Assembly: GCF_009834535.1 (NCBI RefSeq)
Contig: NC_045696.1
Coordinates: 2,730,001-2,794,000, forward strand
Direction of reading: 5' to 3'
Length of the DNA: 64,000 nt
Source: Camelus ferus
Lineage: Eukaryota
The notes under the pieces are model-generated. The model ran no database searches, was not told the origin of the DNA, and saw only the letters and a list, made by a program, of their open reading frames with translations. Both the position numbers and the translations under genes were made by a program. Positions 21,660 through 35,200 of this stretch are shown here, in pieces (position 1 is the first letter of the stretch; the number at the start of each line of letters is the position of its first letter).

Positions 21660-24600
21660 GACTTCAGCTTATTTCTGACAGGGGTTGACATGGTGTTAAT
21701 AACGGAAAAAACCTGAGTTAACATAAAGCAAAATGTTTAAAAAAATATACCCGATTTTTTCTACCAACCATTTTCCAAAAAGGTCCAAGCAGCTGAAGCC
21801 AACAACTGCGTCAAAACGTTCCTCCTCACATGCGCTGGGACGAGGGGTCCCCGATTCGCCCCCTGCACCAGGGCCGCTACTGGCCTTCACGGGCTGCAGT
21901 CTCGGGCTCGTTTAAACAGTGACATAAATAAACGAAAGCATCTGTGTAGGACAGTGCCCTCTGAGCACCGCGTGCATGCAAAGTACCCCCCAAGCTAGTG
22001 ACTGAGCAACAGCAAGCAGCCCTTTACAGCCGGGCCAGGGCGGAGCCGAGAGAGACGGGGCGGACCAGCACCCACTCCGTCAGGGCGCACGCGCTCAGGT
22101 GCTACTGCTCTACAGAGTTTTGCAAATTTTAATTTAAAAATGGTACGGAGATCTTAGGGCTTCAGACAAGAGGATCAACTGTAAAACGGCAACGGTAACT
22201 TGTGCCAAGAACGTCTTCCTGGAGCGCACACAGCGCAGCACGTGGGAGGAACACAGTACACGTTACCGAGGACCCCCACCTGACACCCCAAACCCCAGCG
22301 CTGAATGTCTCCACACACAGCTCTCACTTCCAGGATTTGCTAGATCACTTACTTACTTGTCCCTCTCCAGATGGAATTTTATTAGTCAAATATTACCCTG
22401 AGCTAGACTAAACCTCATGAACCAATTCCTTCCTTTTATCAACGAACAGCTTCCCGCTTGCAGATGAAGTGCTTGGAGCCGGAGGGTGGAGGGCTGGCCT
22501 TGGTCTCTCCTGGCTGAACCCCACGCCCACCCTCCCAGCTCCGACCTGGAGGGCCTGGAGGGAGGGCTGGCGACCCCACTTTGTTGGAGCAACCACTTCT
22601 CAGCTGCCGCTCCTCGGCTCCCACAAAGCCCACGATTTTAGATGCACTTTTAAAAACACTTAAGCCTGCTGACTGACTTCGGCCTCCAAGTGCGCACTGT
22701 GCACTTGTGTGTTAGGGCTCTCCGTCTCCGGGACGCCGGGACCCGCTCTGGCGTGTCATCTGACAGCCTGAACTATGACAGGCAGCACCTTACCGATGAA
22801 TCATTTTCTTCTCATTAACTAGCAAAATAATTAGATTTATAATAAACTACAATAAAAAAGAACAAATAAAAACTTTCCATTTTTTTCCTAGAAAACCAAT
22901 GACTAACTGAAGAAACTTGAGTCTTGAAAACGTAAATGGCTCTGAATGCTCCAGTGCAGTGCAGCCAATTTCTAGAATGTGCGGGGGTCACTCTGAACCC
23001 CGAGTGTCACCGGCGAACATGTCAACATCGGAATGTTGTTCTTAAAACAGACAAGCAGCTGCGGTGACATGAGCTTTAGAAAACAAAACATCCATGAAAC
23101 ATGTTTCTGTCTTTAATTTTTTTGCTTTGATAAATCAGTTGCTTCACAAAAATCCCCTTCAAAGACAACAATCCAAGAAAACATCGTTACAGTATTCACA
23201 TTTAAAGATTGTCAGTTCATGGACCAAACACACCTAAACAAAGCAAGGCCGCGGAGTTGTCTCTCACTGACTGCCAGAGGTGGGCCCTGACACCCTCCGG
23301 GTGTGTCTGAGTTCGTCTCAAAGAAAAAGTGCTCCCCGGCCCGGCGCCCAGGGAGCATCAGGCCATCGGCGGGTCACGGGGAGGGACTCCTGGAGCCCTC
23401 GGGCGTGAGCTTCCAGCAGCCTGGCCCTGTGGCCCGAGAGCCAGCTGGGGACGCGGCCCACCTTACTTTGCACACCGGATAAACTCTTAACCTGTTTTAC
23501 ATCTGGACTCAAACAACGGAGCGCCGGGTCAGCATGTCAGCTGGAGCCCACCCGGCCTGCGGCCCACTCGACACCGAGCCGGGGACCACACAACGTGTTT
23601 CACTGGGGTCTCAAAATGCACTCATAAGCATCCTTCACGGGGGAAGAAGTTAACAAGAGCGAAGTCAGGATCAAATCTGTTCATTTACAATGCAAGCTCA
23701 GTGGGGTCGCGACCTCACAGACACTCTCGCAAGTCCGCGCGCTGGGAAACGGGTGCTTCTGAGGCGCAAACCGCCAACCAACTGGCTGGGCAGCGGTTTA
23801 AGGACCAAAGCACTCTGCCTGCTGGGTTGTTTAAAATCCCTGTAGTTACTCACGGGCAGAGGTGAAGGGCCCTCAGGCTATGTCCACAGGTGCCCTCTCT
23901 AAAGATCTTCTTGCTGTTCCTCTGAACATAGTAAGAATTTAGGCCTTAAGAAAACCGACTTCAGCTGGAGAGACACAGGCCACGGCACTGGGTGCCAACA
24001 GGGGTCCCGGACGCAGCCCCATCTCCACACGGACTCGGCTTGTGCAGCCCTCACCCACAGTCCACGCTCGGGGACACGATTTCTGGTGGGGCAGGAACAC
24101 TGACCTGCGTGAGTCCACGTTCTGCGAGTGCATTCACTGCCTGAACTAAAGAGCGGAGGGAGGGAAGGAGGCAGGGAGGGGCTGGCCACCTTCCACGGGT
24201 CCTAGTCTTAAGAAGTCCAATGATGACAGAATTTAAGTTAAGAAGATCTTTTATACTTGTGCAGACTTGACTTAAAATATCAAAAAATGTTTATAAATAA
24301 GGAATGTAATAGCTGCTTAAAAATGTTATTTTCTCCCCAAAAGAGTCAATAATCAAGTTTTTCTTTTAAAGCTCCTGAAATATTTTAAAAGAAATTTCTT
24401 TGTAGTTCTTGCTTCCGTCTAAGTTATCCAGGAAGTATTCTCCATGACTAACTTTAATTATTAATACTTTTGAAGAGAAAAGTCAGTTCCAGAAAAAAAA
24501 AATCTGCCCTAGCTTAAACTATCCTCCAGTGCAGCCGCCGTCCCTAACCGCCACCACGGCAGCACTGCAGGACCCGACGCCCTTCCTGCGGGAGACCCGG

Positions 24601-26052
24601 CTGCAGGCGCACTGAGCTCTGGGGGCCCCATTAGCTGTTATGTAAAGGCATCCTCGTGAAACAGGTGGCCTGTTTTCTCTCTGAAAGCCCCACTTGAAAG
24701 TAAACCAAAGAAAACAAAGCAAAATCCAAGTAAGCAAAACCCAGTTCATTCTTTTGGTTCGTCTTGTCACCAGGAATCAGAAGCCCTAAAATGATTCCAG
24801 ATCTGATGTGATCGAGTCAGACAAGAAGGCTCTGGAAGGCCCGGTGCAGCAGCGTAGGGGAGAAAACACCGACACGGGCCCAGCGGCCGGCGTGGCTCCA
24901 GCGGCAGGAGCTCCCCCCCGTCCCCGCCCCTCAGCAGGTATCTGGAATTACGCCACGAAGCCGAGTGTCCGTACCTAGCCCAGCTCTGAGCCGATGGGAC
25001 AGAGGGCGTTTCAGTTTATAATGAACGTTCTATGCATAACATATGGCTGGCTAAAAAAATTCTAAAACGATACTCAGCTAACATGGTGTACTGACCACTT
25101 AACTGTAGTCAAATTTAACTTAGACTGAAATATGTTGGTAAGAGCTTTTAATTGATTACCAGCTACCATTTCACTTCCCTAAGTCCTACTTAGCAAATAC
25201 CTTTAGATATATGTTTAGATCAGTGTAAAATGCAATCTGAGCATTTACATATAAACTAAAATTTGAAGATATCAAAATTTCATTAAATAGTTGTTTCTTT
25301 TATAGTAGTAAGTGTAAATTACCACCCTGGGATAGCAGAGAACCATGGAGTGTTAGCTAACTTTGGGCAGGATCATTAAATTTGGACAACTCAGAGCATT
25401 CCAAATTGAGACAGTACGCATGTACTGTTTCCTCCCTAGAAACTGTATCCTCGACATAGTCATAATCCAATTCATAACGAATTTATAAAAATAGCTTTTT
25501 ATCCAATAATTCCAGCAAGGTAAAAATAGGCGTTTCTTTTCACACGTAGCAAACGACACAGGGTCAGGGACGCGCGCAGCCGTGTTTCAGCTGCTGTACG
25601 CTCACCGCCAGGCCACACTCCGCTTACTGTGTCGCCGACACCTCGCACTGGCCGTTTAAGGTGCAGAAGCTTCTTTCAAATCCATGGGCTTCGCAAAGAA
25701 ATTAGCCCGCTGAGACCGGCTTGAACCACAGAACTAAGTTAAAACTGCATGATTTTTTAGAACATGGCAGCACTAGTCTTCAATCCAATTGGGGGTTCGT
25801 GGGGGGAGTTGTCATTCATCACATTTTTAGCGTTAAACCTTTAAAGAATTTCCTTAAAAACACACACACACACACACACACACACAAGCACACACACACC
25901 TTGAAAGAAGTCGCTGCACCGGCCGAGCTCACTATGAAGTACAAAAGTGCACTCTTCTAGACCTACATATAAAACATGTTAGCAATAAAACTGTAAAATG
26001 TTTGCTGTGCAAACTATAAAAAGTCAGGCCGTCTGCACGGGCGGCCATGGCC
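21660..26052 (-). other. PKNOX1: Probable long PKNOX1 3'UTR; distal end uncertain
   Basis: Follows the stop codon; U/A-rich blocks with few interspersed repeats; miRNA seed matches; candidate poly(A) hexamers on the - strand: AATAAA at 22383-22378, ATTAAA at 22133-22128, AATAAG near 21670. Confidence 0.5.
25861..25899. repeat. (CA)n microsatellite in the PKNOX1 3'UTR
   Basis: Direct reading. Confidence 0.95.
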
Positions 26053-26264
26053 CTACTGCAGGGAGTCGCTGTTCTCCAGGACCAGCCCGCCGATGTGGCC
26101 AGGTGCCAGTGCCGCTGTGCCGTCCCCCGTGCTATCCACCGACTCGTCCTCGCTCTGCTCGGCCATCATCACCTGCTGCACCGCCAGTGTGGCCCCGTCT
26201 GAGGACAGGGACTGCAGGCTGTCCACGTTCATGCTCACGGGTGTGGTGATCGTCACAACGGCTC
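26053..26264 (-). CDS. PKNOX1: PKNOX1 last coding exon, 212 nt to stop (AVVTITTPV...LENSDSLQ*)
   Basis: ctgcag|GA acceptor; TAG at 26055-26053. Confidence 0.96.
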
Positions 26265-29200
26265 CTGCAGCACAAGGCGCCCGTCACCAGCAGCTCGGCG
26301 CTTGGCTTGAGCACATTCCACCCCCCGACCGCGCGGGCCATGTGGTGGGACCCCGCCAGCCCCCATGCACGCTGCCAGGACGCTTGAGACTGTCCGGGGA
26401 ATTGGCCCCAGACCCTGGGTAGCTAAGCTCTGGGTCCACAGAGGGTCCAAGGGGCTCAGGGCAGGAAGGGCAGAGGCCCAGGTGGAAACCAAGTGCCATG
26501 TGGAGAACAAAAGACCCAAGGACACAGGGAGAGGCCACAAGACACAGCCAGGAAGACGGGGGCAGAGGAAGCAAGGCCCGTCTGAAAGGGAAAAAAGTGG
26601 AGGGGAAGCCACCAAGTACCTGCGAGTGGGGCATAGATTCAAGATGCTGGCCCAGGACTACCCTGAGGCCAGGAAGCCCAGATTGGGGTGTCCCACGTGC
26701 TGATCGTAACAACCTCCACAGAACTAACAAAGGGCCACAGCAAGAGGATGTCTTATGTGTACACACATGTATGTATGTTCATATGTATGTGTGGTAACAT
26801 AACATACATGTTTAGGAAAGTTTTAAAGGAGATTTATTCATCCATTCCTCTGTCTGTGCACAGACCACTGCACCCCACATGCTCTGGGAGCGTCCACAGG
26901 AGACTGGTAAGAAGGACCATCCCTGGAGAGGGTTAGAAGCCAGGACGGAGGAAAGACGTACTGTTCACTGGACTTTCTTGTCTGCACGTCTTGCCCAGTA
27001 GACAGGCACTGCCTTTTCCAAGAGTGGGGCAAAGGAGGAGTGGAGAGAGAACTAGTACCTCTCCAGCTAATTCTTGGATTAGAAGAGAAAACACAAACTG
27101 AAAATACAAATCATTCAAATATGAATGTAAGATCTCTGCATGTCAAAGCCCAAATGATGAAGATAGAGCTTGCAGTGCAGAAAGCATGACTTGAGGTTAG
27201 ATGGACACAAGGTCAGCTGATTCGCTGCCCGGTGAGGAGCCCCCAGGCCCAGGGCCCGCGTGGCTCTGGGATAACTCGAGCGTTTGGTAGAGGACCAATT
27301 AGCCCCTGAGTACAGGAAACCACAGAGGCTGGGGAAAGAGTTGGGCCAAAAGATTACTGAGCACAGTGTCCGGGGCTCGCGGAGCTGGGCTGGAAACACT
27401 GTCCTGCACGGGCACCGAGCGGAACACCCCAAGGTTGTGCCTCTGTTCTGGGGGAAAAGCAGGCCGGACTGAGCACTGCTGGGACCACCAGATGAGAACC
27501 AGTTGTGAAAACAAAGCACAAGAGTATCAGACAAGTAACTTAACTGCTAGAACAGAGCTCAGGAAGACTTGCAGCAAGACAAAAACACCCAGCCCAGCAA
27601 GGTGAAACCCACAGTGTCTGGCGTCCAAAGATCACCAGGCACACAAACAGCCAGGAGAACCACCCACAAGGAGAACTCAGTCCACAGAAACCAGCCCGGC
27701 ACTGGCAGACGTTAGAATTAGCAGAGAACGTCACCCAGTCACTGCCAACTGCACTGTTTGCTCAGAACTGAAGCAGACTCGTGAAGGATACACAGACCCA
27801 CGCGGAACCTCCAGACAAGGCCCGACAGGAAGGTGTGCCCAGCGCAGGATCAAGCACCACGATGACAAGACCGAGGAAGCGGAAGGTCCGAAACAGAAAC
27901 AAGCTCGCCAGAATAAGACACAAAAAGACTCCAACAACCTGGAACAGCAGAGCCTGTGTGAGTTTCCGTGACGGTTACATGGGCACCTGGAGCCCCTGGC
28001 GGAGGAGGGGCCGGAAAATACATCTGAAGAAATAATGGCCCCGAAACTTTCTGACTTGACACTTAACTGCTGAGCGAAAAAAGTCTGAGGAGCATGAGAA
28101 GGTGAGAACGCGACGCTAGCGCGGCTCAGGGGCACCTGAGGACGCGCCCGGCCGCGCCCGGGCCGGGAACCCGCGCCCGGGGCGGGCGCTCGTGCACACA
28201 GCGCGCTCACGGCGGCGGGGCGAGGGGGTGCGGGGCCGGGCTGGCGCGGGGACAGGACCCCCGGGGTGCGGAGAGACCGCGCTGCTCCCCCGGCCCCCGG
28301 TGCCCGGGCCCGGTCCTACCTTCCGACATGGTGAGCTCGCTGGCCGCCGGCTGCGCGGCTCCTGAGGCGATGGAGTCGGGCCAAAACCTCTGAACGGGCC
28401 TGTTCTGAGCGGTTTTTTTCTTTGTTTTCGGAGTTTCTGAACAACTAGAATCCAGCATGGGCTGCAGAATGCGTCTCCGCGCGTTGATGAACCTACGTGG
28501 GGAAAGCGGCAGAGGAAGCGCGTCACCGCGCTCCCGCACCCCGTGCTCTGCGCCCCGCATCCGCGCCCGCACCCCGCGCCCTGACCGCATCCGCGCCCGC
28601 ACCCCGCGCCCCGCACCCGCGCCCCGCACCCCGCGCCCGGCACGCACGGCGCTCCCAGGCCCCGGAGCAAGAAGCAACTCAGAGGGATGCCAGGCACACT
28701 CTCTAAAGGGCCACAGAAACAGGGCTGGTTCAAGGCAGCTCATCTGAAGAAAGCCCAGCTCTACCCCGTGCCCTTTTCCACCTTAACTGATGTAGCCCAC
28801 GTCCGTGGACTTGATACTCATAATGACACTGACGATACTGTCAAAGTTGTGGATTTGGCATTATTTTCTCGAAGGAAGAGAAAAGTTAAACTACTGCAAA
28901 ACCACAGAGCCTGCAGCCTCATGACGCCCGAGGCCCTGCGGGCTGCGTCTCTACCCGAGAGTCACACCCAGCCGGGCACTGAGTGTGGACACATGTCCAG
29001 CTCCGAGGCTGCTTAACTGTGAAGTCCTAGGATTCAAAACCATCTAGGGCTGCACTAGGACATGTTCTCATAGTACGAACGAACAGGCTGGTGCCGCAGA
29101 GCTTCACTTACAGTCCGTCTCCGTTCCCCGCAGCACAGCCTGCGCAGGGCTGGGAGAGCCACGCCAGCGCCCCCGCCCCGGCACCCGGGTGCCGCGGAGC

Positions 29201-32200
29201 CACAGCTGCCTTCCGCCTGCCCCTCACCCTCTGTGAGCGCGGCTGCAGGCAGCGGCGCAAGCGGACGGTGGGTGTGGCCAGTCTGACTCCAAGATGTAGT
29301 TTTTGTAAACAACTCACAAAAGGTAAATGCAGCTACTAAAAGACTTCAGAAATTTTAGAATTTATAAAAGTTGTGTATGAAACTGTCGTTAATTTTAAAA
29401 TTAAAAGTTGAAGTCAAACCTTCTAGATAATATAATTCTGTTAACAGCAGGCGAGCAAGTTAGGGACAGCACTGACGCCCACAGATGAAGGAGGTCAGAA
29501 GGCTGGACAGGGACAAAGCAGAGTCTCCAAAGAGGGAACCCTGTGTCTCTCACCCCAGCCTATCAGTCACTATTACGACTGAATCAAAACAGTTTCTATC
29601 TGAGACTACATGAAAAGAACAGAACCATGATGTGACATTACAAAACTCATGGTTACAAAGTGCTTGAAATCTCTGAATTCTTGTTAACACTCTATTTAAA
29701 AGATCCAACAGGAAATAATTCAAATAGTATGGTCTGTTATTGCTACCAAAATAAAAAAATGGTCCAAAGGCAAGATAATAGAAATATTTCACCCAACACC
29801 AAAGCCTGCCTTCCGCATATGTAACTGCCTATTGGAAGATTTTTTTTATTTATATGGGAACCTACTTGACCTGCAAGGTTAAATTTAACAGTTAAAATGA
29901 CAAGATAACAAAGTGCACAAGTGGTAGAATTTGTGGTTTCTTCTCTTTCATGCATGTCAATTTTATGCTGAAATCGTTTCCTACGTCTGAATAAGTTAAT
30001 AAAAAATGAGACAGATGACGAACAAGCGAAATGTAGGTGCACCCCAGACCTTAGCACCATGTGAACACCTCTTACTTAAGGGAAGACACGTGGTCAGGTC
30101 CAGCCGTCCACAGTGACATGTGACACTAGAACCAGAACGGGGCCCCAAGTCGTGCCGTGGGACAGGACCACCACACGGCCGGTCAGCTGAGGGACTCTCT
30201 CCCCCAGCCACTGCTGAACAGGTGACACGAGGGTTCTAAAGGGGGGCCAGGTGCAGAGGGGCCACCAGAGGTCAGGAGACGGCACCTCGGCCGTCCACTG
30301 CCCAGAGGAAACATCGTGTCTTTGAGTGACTGCAGGAGTAGGGCCAGTCACGCACTGGAGAAACACATTTCTGATGGAGCCAAAGGGTGCAGGCAAAAAG
30401 TCCACAGGGGGTGCTGGCTGCTGAAAACTGAAGGTGAAAGTGTGTGCTGGTTTGTGCTTAAGTATCCGGCCACCGATCCTGGCACTTTGACAACAGAGGA
30501 ACGCTAGTTAGGATATTTTCAAGCAAACTCCACTACTGATTAGTGCCAGCATTTCCAGGTGTTCTGTTGACGGCACAGTTTCAGAAAGAGGGTGCATCTT
30601 ACCAGTTGTTAACTTGGAGTAGTGTCAAATTTGTCTGAGCAGCAATCTGTTTTTTCTCATCTTCTGTCGGGTAGGGATGCTGAAAATAAAAAGAAGGGTC
30701 ACCGTGTACTTCAGCTTTTAAAAAGGAACTTGAGAGCATCCAGGGAAAACAGCACACAAATAATCATTAGTAAAAGTGGTGTCGACGGTGCTTTCAGCTA
30801 AAACCTAACTTTAGACTCGTAATCTTTTCCATAAATGCCTAAAACAGGATGAAGCCTTTCTCCCAGCCACCCAAGGGTGCATGGAGCTGCAGCAGCTGGT
30901 GAGAGTCGGGTGGAGGAGTGGGCAGACGGGAGTCTGAAGGCTCAGGGACCAGGAGGACGGCGCCTCGGGGAGCAGGGGGGCTGCTGCAGCCCCGCCAGGT
31001 GCTGTCCTGACACCTGATAAGATCTGCGGGTTTTGTGTCAACCTCACAGGTGTCATCTAAGAACCATAAAATGCATCCATTTGAAGCAGATGGATGGCTT
31101 CGTTTGGACCTGCAGCAAGACATGGTGCATCCGTCACCTGCCCGTGCCACAGCAAGTCACCGATTCCTCACAGTCACCTTTGGAGACAGTGTCGTCTTCT
31201 CCCACAAGCAAACTGAGCAGGGTGTGCACGCCCTCCAACCTGGGCCGCTAAATGGGAGGAGGAGGCAGGAAGCAGACCTCCAGGCCCGTCACATTCAGGT
31301 GACATGTGCCATCACAGGTCGTGTGAGAATTGGCCAGCACCGGAGCAGTGATGTCATCTAGGTCCCTAGAACCAACCTCTGCCAAGCTGACCCGTGCTGT
31401 GGGGGAAGAGCTGCGCCAAGGACGGGGTAGGAGTGTCTGTTATGTTCCTCTTTATTTCAGGTTTGACTGAAGTATTTCACTTGAAAAACACCAGAACTAA
31501 ATCAGAAGTAAATACAGGCATACTGGGGGATACTGTGGGTTCAGTTCCAGACCACCTCAATGAAGCAAGTACTGCAATACAGCGAGTCACGGATCTATTT
31601 GTTTCCAAAAAAAGTTACATGAAAGTTCGGCCTGCACGATACTGCGGTCTGTTAAGTGCACGACGGTACTATATCTAAAAAAACAACATTCATGACTTAA
31701 TTAAGAAATACCTGATTGCTAAAAAATGCTAGCCATCATCTGAGCCTTTAGCAAGCCGTAATCTTTTTGCAATAGGCACACTGAAGAGCACTGATGGGGG
31801 TGGGGAGAGTACAGCTCAGTGGTGGAGCGTGTGCTTAGCATGCAGGAGGTCCTGAGTTCAATCAATCCCCAGCACCTCCTCTAAAATAAATAAATGAACC
31901 TAATTACCTATCCCAACCGCAAAATTTTTTAAAAAATTTAAAAGATCACTGATGACAGATAATCCTAACAAATACAATAATGACGGAAGTTTGAAATATT
32001 GCGAGAATTACCAAAATGTGACACAGAGAAATGAAATCAGCAAACGCTGTTGGAAATAACGGCACTAACAGATCTGCTTGATGTGGGGTTGCCACAAACC
32101 TTCAATTTGTAAAAAAAAAAAAAAAAAACCAGTATCTGAGACATGCAATAAAGTGAGGTCTGCCTGGAATCAAAATTCACAGAAGTACCAAAGGAAAATA

Positions 32201-35200
32201 ATTTCTACCTATAGTAATGAACACTTTCTTCAAGGTTGATGACCGTTCACATGTAGAAACTAGTAAGACATTTACTCTAAGACCTACCCGCACCAAAGTC
32301 CCTTATTCTGCACCGACCAGGACCCCGAGAGGGAAGGCAACAACAGGTGAGGCTGGGGTCTGTTCTGGCTCCTCAGTGACACTCGGCACGTTGGAAGAGC
32401 CACCGCAGCGTCCCGGTGATAATGGAGCAGCATCAGGCCGATCTCAGCAGCAGCCTGACTCCTCAAACCAAGTGACAGTGATTCACTTTGATTCTATAGA
32501 TGAGCACATGGCCCCAAGTCAGAGCTCATGCAAATATAGACTGTTCTGCCCTTTAAAAAGCTCATAAAATAAAAAGGAGGCAGGAACGAGCACACAGACT
32601 AGGAACAAAACAAGACAGGACGACAAGCAGCAGCTGCTGCCTGGAGGGCGAGGGAAGGACGGGGGGGGGGGGGGGGGGGGGCTCTAATGCACACAGGCAG
32701 GAAGACCCAGAAATGCCTCCGGGAGGAGCAGCGTCTAACTGGACCGTCAGCCCGGCCGCCTCAGGAATCATCCTCACACCAGGGAAGCCTAACAGGAATC
32801 CTCCTGCTGGCAGGGACAGAAACAGGAACCAGGAACAAACAGGGGCCTCGGGCTGGGCGACAGGTGCCTGTGGAGAGTGGAGAGCGAGGTGCCCACAGGC
32901 ACAACAACGCCCCAGGCAGGGAGGATGCAGCCACAGCGGGTGGCAATGGCAGTGACGTCAAGGGGCAAATAGGGGCCAACAGACTCAGCTCTCAGGGACA
33001 GCCCCGCGGATAGAAGCGCGGATGTTGGAAGGAGAGCGGCTTCCTGCTGGCCCTCCTGACCTGGCCCCTGGACCACAGGATCGCCTCTGCATGCTCCCCA
33101 CGCCCCACCTTGTGCTCCCTGAGAGCCAGGCTGGCCCTTCTGACCCCAGCAGCCAGACAGGGTATCACTCCCGAAAGCTCCTCAGGGTCACGCCTCCTCC
33201 TGAGGTCAGTGGTGTGAGGACCAAGGCGCCACACAGGGTAATGAGCCAGTCGTCCCGCGAGGCCAATGGGCAGCTGTGCGCCCCCCCCAGACAGGATTCC
33301 CAGATGCAGGGAGGAGGCACAGACGAGGCGGAAGAGGAGTGGAGCTGCGGCCAAAGCCCCTTCAAGTTCAATCCACCCATCTGCTGACCCCTCCCCTCCT
33401 ATCGCTTTCAAACCCAATGCACAAAATGTTGCTATTTCCCGAGGTTTTACCCCAAAGCACCTCTTCTCTGCGCATTTCTCTAGCTAACCTCACCTCACCC
33501 AGGCACCTCCAAGGGCGGTTTCTCCGCGTGCACAAACACACCAACAGGAGGCTGAATTTATGCCCTGCACAGTGGGACGCTCGCTTACTCTCATTCTCTG
33601 AAAGCAGTGTCCTCCACTTATTTGGTGACCCTCCTTCCTGTCTTGTGCTCAAGCCATTACGGACAGTCACCAAAATATCGGTTCTTAAAATAGGGCTGTG
33701 AAGCCACTTTGTTCTTACCCCGATGTGCTGGAACAGCCAAGACCGCATCACGCTTGTGGCGTGCTTCGGCAGGACTCCCCTTTTGCTCTTAGATGAGCCA
33801 TCATCTTGATGCAAGATGCTTAGATCTTGGTTCAACTGTAACTGAAGCTTTTAAACAATTGGAAAATAACGTTAGAAAGCACAGAAAATTAGGACATTCC
33901 CAAGTAGCTTACGACTGCAGGTGGAGAGTCAGCTGGGGTCGCACGGGTGAATGATTTAGTCCCCGTCATGGCTTGTACGCTGGAGACCCGGACAGGTGAG
34001 TGTTTTGAGGACATAGTTCCCTCTGATTATAACTACTGACACCTCGTGTGGCGAGGCCGCCAGGACAGACACTGAGGAGGCCTCTGGGTCACCCCAGGAG
34101 ACGGGGGTCCCAGGTGCCCTCATTCACACCTGTTCTCATTGTCCCTCCTCCACCAGCAGACGTGATACCAGCCCGCTTCCTGGCCCAAAAGAGATTTCCG
34201 GCAGCCAAGGAGGGTGGACAGGGACGCAGAAAGCGCACTGGCTAGAGGAGCCACGCAGTGGGATAGATGGGAAAGAACCAGAAACACACAAAGGGCAGAT
34301 AGAAGGGTCCCAGCGCAGAGGGGCCAAGCCAGCAGCTCCCCTCACCCTGGGGAGCACACCAGACGCGTTCTGCTCGTTCCATTTCAGGAGGGAAGGACAT
34401 GTGCATGACCTCTCCTAGAAGAGTGTCCTGACCACAAATGGGAGAAGAGAGCTGATGCCCGCCAGGCCTGCCCAGCCCAGCGTCTCGCTCCCAACACGCT
34501 GCAGAGTCGGTGCCCCCGGCGGTCACTGCGCAGAGCAGAGGACAAGCAGGGCCCCTCGCTCGGGCCTCGGCACAGAGGCAGTGGGGGCCTCTCCACTGTC
34601 ATTCGTGCTTTAACTGAGAGCTTACACAGGAACCTAACTTTATAAACACACCAGCATCGACTTCCGTAGGTCAGTGTCCATATAATAGTCATAAACAGTT
34701 TACAGGATGTGGCGGTTTATTTTGGAGAGGTTTTCACTATTATTATTTGTACTTCCTCTGAGTTTCCATCATTTTGAATAATTCATTAAAAGCCTGAACA
34801 CCAACACTAAACAGACAGAATTCATGACTTAAAAGAGACATTAAGACCACTAACTGTATCCAAAATTTCTAAAAACTCAAGACAGGGGCATAACATTTTT
34901 GGAATCTATGTGTTTGTTTGATAAAGGACTGAAAGCAAACGGTAGTAAGCGCTGCCTGTATACTCACATTCGTGTGCACAGGAAAAGGAATGGAAAATGA
35001 ACTTTTAAACTAGTTCCAAAGCACTAGGGCCAAAATGGAGCTTGTCTGCTGTATCTGCCTCAACTTAACACATGACCTTCCTTGTAGAATCTGCCACGTG
35101 CACCAGTTTCAGTGCTGCTTTTTCTGTGCAGGGTTAAAGCCCACGTGGGCTCGTGAATGTGGACCTGCCAGCCAGCTGCAGGACTCGGCTTCACAGATGC

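Noticed and set aside
13700..21700. Many 150-300 aa ORFs between CBS and PKNOX1 (for example 20191-21117)
   Set aside because: Pro/Gly/Arg/Ala-rich, overlapping in all frames, with no recognisable family or coherent exon chain; expected by chance at this GC content. A lncRNA cannot be excluded from sequence alone.
27700..28070. Faint L1 ORF1-like remnant (also about 35870-36250)
   Set aside because: Similarity too degraded to set boundaries or family without a repeat search.
28533..28640. Short repeats considered as a CRISPR-like array
   Set aside because: No unique spacers, eukaryotic intron, no cas genes; a GC-rich minisatellite.
31796..31880. tRNA-like sequences here and at 42499 and 54580-54652
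   Set aside because: They have A-rich tails, TSDs and degenerate stems, so they are SINEs rather than tRNA genes.
32661..32681. G21 homopolymer (also G14 near 50383)
   Set aside because: Simple homopolymers of unreliable length with no further supporting structure.
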